From an uncultured Collinsella sp. (GTDB lineage Bacteria; Actinomycetota; Coriobacteriia; Coriobacteriales; Coriobacteriaceae), in contig CAKULD010000001.1 of NCBI GenBank assembly GCA_934667065.1, forward strand, positions 145,105-209,104: DNA of 64,000 bases, given 5' to 3'. The notes under the pieces are model-generated. The model worked only from the letters and a program-made list of their open reading frames with translations, had not been told where the DNA came from and made no database searches. A program made the translations under genes and the position numbers. Shown one piece after another: positions 55,969-64,000 of the stretch. Numbering within the stretch: position 1 is the first letter of the stretch; each line of letters starts with the position of its first letter.

Positions 55969-56880
55969 ATGGGTCTGTTTAATGCCGTCATGGCGCTTTC
56001 GGGCATGATCGACACGGATGTGATTGAGGACGAGCGACTTGCGCGCCATACGAGCTATCGTATCGGCGGCAAGGCCGACCTCTTTGTGACGTGCCACAGC
56101 TATCATGCCCTCCGCCGCGCCGTGGCGGTGCTCGACCGCGAACAGGTGCCGTGGGTGATTATCGGCAAGGGATCCAATCTTTTGGTTGCCGATGCCGGCT
56201 ATCGCGGCGCCATCATTTCGCTGGGGCGTGAGTTCCAGCGCACGGTTGTTGCCGAAGACGGCCGTACGCTGACCGTTGGCGCGGGCGTGATGTTCGCGCG
56301 CTTGGTCAATGACGCCCTGTCTCGCAGCCTCTCGGGCCTTGAGTTTGCCGTCGGTATTCCCGGTTCGGTCGGCGGCGCCATATCTATGAATGCCGGCACG
56401 CGTACCGAGTGGATCGGTTCGCTCGTTGAGGATGTCGTAACGTTCGACCCCTCCTCCGGCATTAAGCACTATTCGGGGTCCGAGATAACCTGGGGCTACC
56501 GCGAATGCAGCCTTCCTCGCAATGAGATTATCCTCGAGTGCGTTCTTAAGCTAAAACCGGCTCCTAAAGCCGATATCCGTGAGCGCATGGAGCGGTATCT
56601 GACCCGGCGAAAGCGTACGCAGCCCATGGGGCGCGCATCTTGCGGATCGGTCTTTCGCAATCCGCCCGATGCGAGCGTGGGCAAGCTCATCGAGGATTGT
56701 GGATTAAAGGGTTTTTCGGTCGGCGGCGCGGAAGTTTCGCCCGTGCACGCTAATTTTATCGTTAATAACGGAACCGCTTCGGCCGATGATGTGGCCGCGG
56801 TTATCAGACATGTGCACGGAAAGGTGAGGGAGGCGTATGGCATCGAGCTCAGACCGGAAGTTAAATTCCTCGGCTTCTAG
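55969..56880 (+). CDS. murB: UDP-N-acetylenolpyruvoylglucosamine reductase
   Basis: FAD-binding GKGSNLL, plus GSVGGA and SCGSVFRNP. Confidence 0.93.
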   Translation: MGLFNAVMALSGMIDTDVIEDERLARHTSYRIGGKADLFVTCHSYHALRRAVAVLDREQVPWVIIGKGSNLLVADAGYRGAIISLGREFQRTVVAEDGRTLTVGAGVMFARLVNDALSRSLSGLEFAVGIPGSVGGAISMNAGTRTEWIGSLVEDVVTFDPSSGIKHYSGSEITWGYRECSLPRNEIILECVLKLKPAPKADIRERMERYLTRRKRTQPMGRASCGSVFRNPPDASVGKLIEDCGLKGFSVGGAEVSPVHANFIVNNGTASADDVAAVIRHVHGKVREAYGIELRPEVKFLGF

Positions 56881-58093
56881 AGCATCGAAACCCACCTTCC
56901 GCCGCGCCGGAGGGCGTTCCGGCGCACCTGCCAAACTTCAGCGTAAGGCCGTCACGCCTTCGAAGCCCTCCGGACATGTGCGACCTGCCAAGCGTCCGGT
57001 TGTCGGCTCGCAGCTCGGCAACCGTCCTGCCGCAAAAAAGACCTCGCGTCCCTCGGTGACGCCAAGGCCCGTCATGGGCACCAAGTCCGCTCGTCCCGTG
57101 GCAACGCCTAAAACCTCGATGGGGGCCAAAGCGCCGCGCCCGGGCCACACGCTGGGTGCATCGAAGCCGCGTTCGCTGACGTCGGTGCCGGCTGCCGCTG
57201 AGAAACCTTCGAGTAAAAAGGGCTTCAACCCGCTGACTTCGCTGGGGGCCATGGCTAATAAGACGACCGATGCCGTTCCCGCCGTTAAGGGCAAAGGCAA
57301 AATCGTGGGCGGCGTTCTTGCCGCATTGGCCGTGCTCGTCGTCATTGCCATCGTAGTGATCAACTCTGGATTGTTTGCCGCTACCGACATTCAGATTCAG
57401 GGCAGCGAGCATGTGACCAAGCACGATGCCATTCAACTGATCGATTTGCCCGAGGGCACGTCGCTGTTTAACGTCGACCCCGATCAGATCACCGAGGACC
57501 TCAAGCAGAATCCGTGGGTTTCGGGCGTGGATGTCCAACGCCAGTTTCCCCATACGCTCATCATTACGCCGACGGAGCGCAAGGTTGTTGCAATCGCCTA
57601 TATCAGCTCGGACGATCTTGCCTGGGCCATCGGCGACGATGACACCTGGATCGCTCCGCTTTCGACCTCGGTTGAGGTGGATGACCAGGGCAACGTCATC
57701 ACGACGGGTCAGGGCTCAAACACCCTGACCGGCATTGATGCCGCGCTGGCACTGGCCAAGCACTACGGCGCCGTGCTGTTGACCGATGTATCGGCCGATG
57801 TCGCCCCGGTCTCTGGTCAGGCGGTGAGTTCCAAGGCCGTTAAGGCCGGCTTGGACTACGTGCGTGGTTTTTCGAGCGAGTTTCTGGGGCAAGTCAAGGA
57901 TATTTCCACGCCTTCGGTCGAGGCCATCTCGGCAAACCTCAATAACGGTATTGAGGTGTCGCTGGGCGATTCTAATGATATCGCCAAGAAGGAGCGCATT
58001 GTCACCAAGCTGCTTTCGCAGGTAGAGGGCGTGACGTATGTCAACGTGCGCTCTCCGGGCAACTATACGTTTAGGAACGCACCCACCTCATAG
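56837..58093 (+). CDS. ftsQ: FtsQ-type POTRA domain cell division protein with a long basic N-terminal region
   Basis: A TM segment (GGVLAALAVLVVIAIVVI) is followed by a POTRA-like segment (IQIQGSEHVT...FNVDPDQI...NPWV) and QFPHTLIITPTER. The start overlaps murB by 44 nt and is uncertain. Confidence 0.8.
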   Translation: MASSSDRKLNSSASRASKPTFRRAGGRSGAPAKLQRKAVTPSKPSGHVRPAKRPVVGSQLGNRPAAKKTSRPSVTPRPVMGTKSARPVATPKTSMGAKAPRPGHTLGASKPRSLTSVPAAAEKPSSKKGFNPLTSLGAMANKTTDAVPAVKGKGKIVGGVLAALAVLVVIAIVVINSGLFAATDIQIQGSEHVTKHDAIQLIDLPEGTSLFNVDPDQITEDLKQNPWVSGVDVQRQFPHTLIITPTERKVVAIAYISSDDLAWAIGDDDTWIAPLSTSVEVDDQGNVITTGQGSNTLTGIDAALALAKHYGAVLLTDVSADVAPVSGQAVSSKAVKAGLDYVRGFSSEFLGQVKDISTPSVEAISANLNNGIEVSLGDSNDIAKKERIVTKLLSQVEGVTYVNVRSPGNYTFRNAPTS

Positions 58094-58292
58094 CGGCGTT
58101 TGGGCCTTTGTTGACAGGCCATACCACGCCGTTTATCTGGTTTGTTTGGTTTTCACGGTCAATTATTTGACTGATACGTTCATAATGTGCAAACATAATA
58201 CGGTTTACCTTTGCATTTACTTTCAACCTGAAGGTTAATGTGCGCAGGGGTCGACCCATGCTATGGCTATAACCTTTGTTCGGAGGACCGAC

Positions 58293-59444
58293 ATGCACGA
58301 GACAGAGATCAACAACTACCTTGCCGTCATTAAGGTGGTCGGCGTCGGCGGCGGCGGTACCAACGCGGTCAATCGAATGATCGAAGAGGGCATCCGCGGC
58401 GTCGAGTTTGTCGCCATCAACACCGATGCTCAGGCACTCGCGATCTCTGATGCCGATATCAAGGTGCACATCGGCACCGATCTTACCCGCGGCCTGGGTG
58501 CTGGCGCCAACCCCGAGGTTGGCCGCAAGGCTGCCGATGAGTCCCGCGACGACATCGCCGAGGCGCTCGCTGGCGCCGACATGGTGTTCATCACCTGTGG
58601 CGAGGGCGGTGGCACCGGTACCGGCGCCGCTCCCATCGTTGCCGATATCGCGATGAACGAGGTCGGCGCGCTGACCGTCGCCGTCGTGACCAAGCCCTTC
58701 ACCTTCGAGGGCCGCAAGCGCAAGAAGAGTGCCGAGGAGGGCATCAAGACCCTCTCCGATTGCGTCGACACCATGATCGTTATCCCTAACGACAAGCTGC
58801 TCGACATCGCCGAGAAGAAGACCACCATGCTCGAGGCCTTCGCGATTGCCGATGGCGTCCTCTCCCAGGGCACCCAGGGCATCACCGACCTCATCACCGT
58901 CCCCGGTATCATCAACCTGGACTTCGCTGATGTTAAGACCATCATGAAGCAGGCCGGTACCGCCATGATGGGCATCGGTACCTCCTCTGGGGACACCCGT
59001 GCCGTCGACGCTGCTCAGCAGGCTATCTCCAGCCCGCTGCTCGAGAGCTCCATCGATGGTGCTACCCGCGTCCTGCTTTCCATCGCCGGCTCCAAGGACC
59101 TGGGCATCCAGGAGATCAGCGACGCTGCCGACGTTGTCGCCAACGCCGTCGATCCCGAGGCCAACATCATCTTCGGTACCGTTGTCGACGAGTCCCTGGG
59201 CGATCAGGTGCGTATCACCGTCATCGCTACGGGCTTCTCCGACTCCAACGTCAACCGTCAGGACGAGCTCTTTGCCGCCCAGCAGTCCCAGAGCAAGGCC
59301 GCTGCCGCCGAGCCCCAGCGCACCGCTCCTGCTACGAGCCCGGCTCAGGCCGCCCCGACTCGCAACGTCGGCGGCACCGAGCTCCCGAACTTCGGCAACG
59401 ATCAGTTCGAGCTTCCCGATTTCCTTAAGCGTGGCAGCTTCTAA
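58293..59444 (+). CDS. ftsZ: Cell division GTPase FtsZ
   Basis: It has the motifs [12 protein letters not shown] and [10 protein letters not shown]. The ATG at 58293 has a GGAGGA SD 5 nt upstream; the ORF opens at 58263. Confidence 0.97.
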   Translation: MHETEINNYLAVIKVVGVGGGGTNAVNRMIEEGIRGVEFVAINTDAQALAISDADIKVHIGTDLTRGLGAGANPEVGRKAADESRDDIAEALAGADMVFITCGEGGGTGTGAAPIVADIAMNEVGALTVAVVTKPFTFEGRKRKKSAEEGIKTLSDCVDTMIVIPNDKLLDIAEKKTTMLEAFAIADGVLSQGTQGITDLITVPGIINLDFADVKTIMKQAGTAMMGIGTSSGDTRAVDAAQQAISSPLLESSIDGATRVLLSIAGSKDLGIQEISDAADVVANAVDPEANIIFGTVVDESLGDQVRITVIATGFSDSNVNRQDELFAAQQSQSKAAAAEPQRTAPATSPAQAAPTRNVGGTELPNFGNDQFELPDFLKRGSF

Positions 59445-59469
59445 TCGGTTGTTCTCAACGTTTTGCATG

Positions 59470-59501
59470 GGGATGCGTCCATTTGGATGCATCCCTTTTT
59501 T
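59470..59501 (+). terminator. Intrinsic terminator after ftsZ
   Basis: GGGATGCGTCC-loop-GGATGCATCCC followed by TTTTTTGTTT. Confidence 0.8.
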
Positions 59502-59533
59502 GTTTCGCTTTTGTAAACGAAAGCCTCCAATCT

Positions 59534-59553
59534 CTTTACGTTCCCTTTACGTT
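59534..59553 (+). promoter_or_regulatory. 11-nt-phased direct repeat CTTTACGTT x2 (Pho-box-like) upstream of pgeF-pstSCAB
   Basis: CTTTACGTTcc CTTTACGTT. A TATCCT -10-like hexamer lies 18 nt downstream (59572-59577). Confidence 0.3.
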
Positions 59554-59656
59554 TGCCCTTGGTGCAGCGGGTATCCTTTTAGGGAAGTATGACAGCCGCG
59601 TACATGCGGGCTGCAGCGGCGATGCCGCGGTACTTGTGTTATTAGGAGGCTTTAGT

Positions 59657-60457
59657 ATGGCAGCACGTGCGGACAGAGTTTCGCGTGTCGACCATGATGG
59701 AGTTACGTTGGTGGAGGGCGCGACGTCAAATGTCCGTTTTGCCTTTACCGAGCGCACCGGTGGCGTTTCCGAAAAACCGTACTCCTCGCTCAACCTGGGC
59801 TCGCATGTGGGCGATGACCCCTTTTCCGTTCAAGAAAATCGTCGGCGTGCGCTCGACGCTATGGGAGCTGCAGAGTGCGAGCACAACCTGCTTGTTCCCA
59901 ATCAGGTACATGGGGATCGCATTGTTACGGTGACTTCGAACGGTGCCGATGATCTTGAGCTTATTCGCGAGCAGATTGCCGCGGGCTGCGATGGCATTGT
60001 GTGCACGGCGCGCGAAGTGCCCGTGCTGCTCTGCTTTGCCGATTGCGTGCCCGTGGTGCTGGTGGCCCCCGGCGGATTTGCCGTGGTGCATTCCGGATGG
60101 AAGGGCACGATCGCGCGCATTTCCGCCAAGGCGTGCCAGGCGCTCTGCGATGCTGCCGGCTGCGATGCGAGCGACGTTTCCGCCTATATCGGCCCCCACA
60201 TCTTGGGTGACGAATATGAGGTATCCCAGGAACTCATGGATCGTTTTGCCTCCGAGTTCGCATGCATCGATGCGAGCGCTTCTCGTATGCTTGACCTTTC
60301 GGCCGCGATTCGCGAGGCACTTGAGGGCATCGGTGTCGCCACGGCAAATATCGTGGATGCCCAGCTTTCCACCGTGCGTCAGAACGGCCGCTTTTATTCC
60401 TACCGTAACGAGGGCGGCACCTGCGGGCGCCATGCTGCGATCGGCGTGATGCTATGA
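59657..60457 (+). CDS. pgeF: Peptidoglycan editing factor PgeF (YfiH / laccase-domain protein)
   Basis: It has the His/Cys ligand context NQVHGD, FADCVPV and VHSGWKG. The ATG at 59657 has an AGGAGG SD. Confidence 0.88.
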   Translation: MAARADRVSRVDHDGVTLVEGATSNVRFAFTERTGGVSEKPYSSLNLGSHVGDDPFSVQENRRRALDAMGAAECEHNLLVPNQVHGDRIVTVTSNGADDLELIREQIAAGCDGIVCTAREVPVLLCFADCVPVVLVAPGGFAVVHSGWKGTIARISAKACQALCDAAGCDASDVSAYIGPHILGDEYEVSQELMDRFASEFACIDASASRMLDLSAAIREALEGIGVATANIVDAQLSTVRQNGRFYSYRNEGGTCGRHAAIGVML

Positions 60458-61290
60458 GAAAGATCGTATCGGTCCTGAGCGCCGCGGTGCTCACGCTCAC
60501 GCTGTGCGCCTGCTCTTCGGGATCCTCCACCTCTTCCATTACCGTGGCTGGCTCCACGACGTGCCTTCCCATCGCCGAGATTGCGGCAGAGGGTTTTAAG
60601 GAAGAAACGGGCACCGATGTGCTCGTTTCGGGCTTGGGCTCTTCTGCCGGCATTGAGGCCGTCAGCGCCGGCACGGCCGATATCGCCAGCTCCTCTCGTG
60701 GCCTCAACGCCGACGAACAGGATCTGGGCCTGACTCCAATCGTTATCGCCCATGACGGCATCGCGGTCATCGTGAATGAGGACAACCCTGTTGAGAACCT
60801 CTCGACCGAGCAGCTTCGCGATATCTATGCCGGCAAGATCACCAACTGGAAAGAGGTCGGTGGCGAGGACCTGAAGATTCAGGTTATCAACCGCGATGAG
60901 GCTTCCGGTACGCGTGAGGCCTTCCGCACTATCGTGATGGACGGCACGCCGTTCGATCGCCGTTCGGCCGTTCTTTCGGGCACGGGCCAGGTGCGTGATG
61001 TCGTGTCCCGTTCGCGTGGGGCCATCGGCTACATTTCGCTGGGCTTCGTCGATAGCCTCAACGCCAAGACTTCGGTCAGGGCCGTCTCGGTCAATCATGT
61101 CGAGGCCTCCGAGAAGACGGTTGCAAGCGGCGGCTACCCCATTTCGCGTGACCTCTACTTCTTTGTGAAGGGAACGCCTTCCAAGCAGGCTCAGGATTAC
61201 ATCGACTACGTGACGTCCGAGAAGATGGACAAGCAGATTCGCGAGGCGGGCTTTATTCCCGTCACCAATGACGGGAAGGGGAGTGAGTAG
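60454..61290 (+). CDS. pstS: Phosphate ABC transporter substrate-binding lipoprotein
   Basis: Lipobox LTLCAC, plus the GSTT and GSS.G PstS-family blocks. Its ATG overlaps the pgeF stop (ATGA). Confidence 0.9.
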   Translation: MRKIVSVLSAAVLTLTLCACSSGSSTSSITVAGSTTCLPIAEIAAEGFKEETGTDVLVSGLGSSAGIEAVSAGTADIASSSRGLNADEQDLGLTPIVIAHDGIAVIVNEDNPVENLSTEQLRDIYAGKITNWKEVGGEDLKIQVINRDEASGTREAFRTIVMDGTPFDRRSAVLSGTGQVRDVVSRSRGAIGYISLGFVDSLNAKTSVRAVSVNHVEASEKTVASGGYPISRDLYFFVKGTPSKQAQDYIDYVTSEKMDKQIREAGFIPVTNDGKGSE

Positions 61291-61291
61291 C

Positions 61292-62218
61292 ATGGAAGCA
61301 CAGGAAAGCCCCCAGACTGAGCAGACGGCTCAGGCACCCAAGAAGCGTGAGCTGGCGCTTGTTTCGCGCAGCACCTATGTCAAGGAAAAGGCGCTCCAGT
61401 GGATCTTCTTTGCGTGCGCATTCTTGGCGGTCGTCACCGTCATCCTGATTTTTGTCTTTACCACGTACTCGGCCCTGCCCGTCTTTACCGATATTGGCCT
61501 GGCAGACTTCTTTAGCTTTACGTGGGCGCCTTCCGAGGGCCACTACGGCATTATGTCGCTGCTGGCCGGTTCGGGCCTGGTGACTGTCGGCGCCCTTGCC
61601 ATGGGCGTGCCCCTGGGCGTAGGTACCGCCGTGTATCTGGTCGAGATTGCCAGCAAGCGCGTGCGCAAGCTCATCAGCCCTGCTGTCGACCTGCTGGCCG
61701 GTATCCCCTCTATTATCTACGGCTTCTTTGGCATGATCATCATCCGCCCGTTTATCGCACAGCTGACCGGCGGCCTTGGCTTTGGTGCGCTGACGGCGTG
61801 GTTCGTGCTCGCCATCATGATCGTGCCCACCATTACTACGCTCACCATCGATGCCCTCAATTCCATTCCCATGGGCATTCGTGAGGCATCGTATGCCATG
61901 GGCGCCACCAAGTGGCAGACCATCTATAAGGTTGTGCTGCCGGCAGCCAAGCTGGGCATCGTGGATGCCATCGTGCTGGGTATGGGTCGCGCCATCGGCG
62001 AGACCATGGCCGTGCTTATGGTTGTTGGTAACGCCCCAGTCATTCCGGACAGTATCGCGAGCCCCATCTCGACACTTACGAGCCAGATCGCGCTCGACAT
62101 GAGCTACTCCTCGGGCCTGCATCGCTCCGCCCTGTTTGGCATGGGCGTGGTCCTGTTTATCATCTCCGCTGCGCTGGTGGGTATCGTCCGCCTGATTTCC
62201 AAGAAGAAGAGGGGGTAG
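61292..62218 (+). CDS. pstC: Phosphate ABC transporter permease PstC
   Basis: 6-TM permease with an EAS-loop-like REASYAMGATKWQ. Confidence 0.9.
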   Translation: MEAQESPQTEQTAQAPKKRELALVSRSTYVKEKALQWIFFACAFLAVVTVILIFVFTTYSALPVFTDIGLADFFSFTWAPSEGHYGIMSLLAGSGLVTVGALAMGVPLGVGTAVYLVEIASKRVRKLISPAVDLLAGIPSIIYGFFGMIIIRPFIAQLTGGLGFGALTAWFVLAIMIVPTITTLTIDALNSIPMGIREASYAMGATKWQTIYKVVLPAAKLGIVDAIVLGMGRAIGETMAVLMVVGNAPVIPDSIASPISTLTSQIALDMSYSSGLHRSALFGMGVVLFIISAALVGIVRLISKKKRG

Positions 62219-62221
62219 GCT

Positions 62222-63127
62222 ATGTCCGATTCCGTTGACACGACAGTCGATACGACCTCGTCGCGCGAGCGCATCAAGCGTGCCCTTTCCCACGGTAAGA
62301 AGGGTCGCATCAACAAGGACCTGTCCAACAAGATTATGCTTGGCGTGTTCCGCGCCGCGGCCTATATCACCACGCTGGTGTTGGTCGCCATCATCGCCTA
62401 CGTGGTCGTTAACGGCCTGCCGCATATCTCGCTCGACTTTATCTTCGGTTGGCCCCAAGGCGTGAACGCTGAGGGCGGTATTTGGCCGACGATCGTCTCG
62501 ACCGTCTACGTGACGGCGCTCGCCATGCTCATCTGCACGCCGGTTGCCGTGCTGGCTGCCGTCTATCTGGCCGAGTACGCTAAACAGGGCAAGGTCGTCG
62601 AGCTCATTCGCTACGCTGCCGATGCCTTGGCCTCGGTGCCGTCCATCGTTATGGGCCTGTTTGGCTATGCCCTGTTTGTCGAGGCTATGGGCTTGGGCCT
62701 TTCGATGGTCTCGGCCGCTCTGGCGCTCGCACTTTTGATGCTCCCCATCGTCATGCGCACCACCGAAGAAGCCATTCGCGCCGTGCCGCGCTATATCCGT
62801 TGGGGCGCGTACGGCCTGGGCGCCACTAAGTGGCAGGTCGTCTCAAAGATCGTGCTTCCCTCTGCCTTTGGCCGTATCGCCACTGGCATCGTGCTTGCCA
62901 TCGGCCGCGCCATCGGCGAGACCGCCGTCGTGCTCTATACGATGGGCCAGGCCATCAACCTGCCGATCTCGCCGCTCGATTCCGGCCGTCCCATGACGGT
63001 TCACCTGTACCTGCTCGCCAACGACGGCATCAACATGAACGCAGCCTACGGCACCGCGCTCTTGCTGATGGTGATTATTTTGGCCTTCAACTTGTTTGCG
63101 CGCTTCCTGTCGCGCAAGCGCCGCTAG
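62222..63127 (+). CDS. pstA: Phosphate ABC transporter permease PstA
   Basis: Permease with GAYGLGATKWQ. It lies downstream of pstC. Confidence 0.9.
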   Translation: MSDSVDTTVDTTSSRERIKRALSHGKKGRINKDLSNKIMLGVFRAAAYITTLVLVAIIAYVVVNGLPHISLDFIFGWPQGVNAEGGIWPTIVSTVYVTALAMLICTPVAVLAAVYLAEYAKQGKVVELIRYAADALASVPSIVMGLFGYALFVEAMGLGLSMVSAALALALLMLPIVMRTTEEAIRAVPRYIRWGAYGLGATKWQVVSKIVLPSAFGRIATGIVLAIGRAIGETAVVLYTMGQAINLPISPLDSGRPMTVHLYLLANDGINMNAAYGTALLLMVIILAFNLFARFLSRKRR

Positions 63128-63139
63128 CTAAGGAGTCCC

Positions 63140-63943
<804 letters not shown>

Positions 63944-64000
63944 TCGGTGCGACTAGTCCCAAACCGATCGGACCTAGTCCGGTGCGTATTCACTGTGCGG

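Overview
This is a densely coding chromosomal window from a high-G+C Gram-positive bacterium (Actinomycetota). The dcw cluster has no ftsA, and the locus carries an arginine deiminase pathway and LPXTG proteins, which suggests a Coriobacteriia-like anaerobe; that assignment is inference only. Gene order, left to right: (1) an ECF/ABC ATPase fragment and two tandem TrpP-family S-component genes, preceded by a 22-codon leader ORF with three consecutive Trp codons and an intrinsic terminator; (2) an LPXTG-anchored C69 dipeptidase; (3) a lipid kinase followed by a translationally coupled 30-aa membrane peptide; (4) rnd, a Zn-metallopeptidase and xseAB; (5) a visibly lower-G+C accessory block with a MerR regulator, a type-B carboxylesterase, three MFS transporters and a LysR regulator, with a high-G+C HIT gene embedded in it; (6) two tandem ackA paralogs convergent with pta; (7) glf plus a GT2 glycosyltransferase; (8) a DmpA/P1 peptidase, maf, a DJ-1 protein, rlmD and ppk1; (9) an arginine deiminase locus, arcA-aminotransferase-arcA-argF-YfcC transporter, in which the two arcA copies form a 1281-bp perfect direct repeat while their upstream regions have diverged; (10) a DUF1846 protein, a small wHTH protein, pyrG and xerD; (11) a dcw cluster mraZ-rsmH-ftsL-ftsI-murF-mraY-murD-ftsW-murG-murC-murB-ftsQ-ftsZ-pgeF with no murE; (12) pstSCAB. 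I saw no rRNA, tRNA, CRISPR, transposase or phage genes. The best candidates for new biology are the Trp-codon leader-peptide attenuator in front of the TrpP-type transporters, the concerted-evolution arcA duplication with conserved ARG-box-like and CCGTTC operators, a pair of covarying structured 3'-end elements between convergent genes, and the phased TGGGG / G-quadruplex tract upstream of mraZ. All coordinates and motifs were read by eye. No identity percentages, G+C values or database hits were computed.
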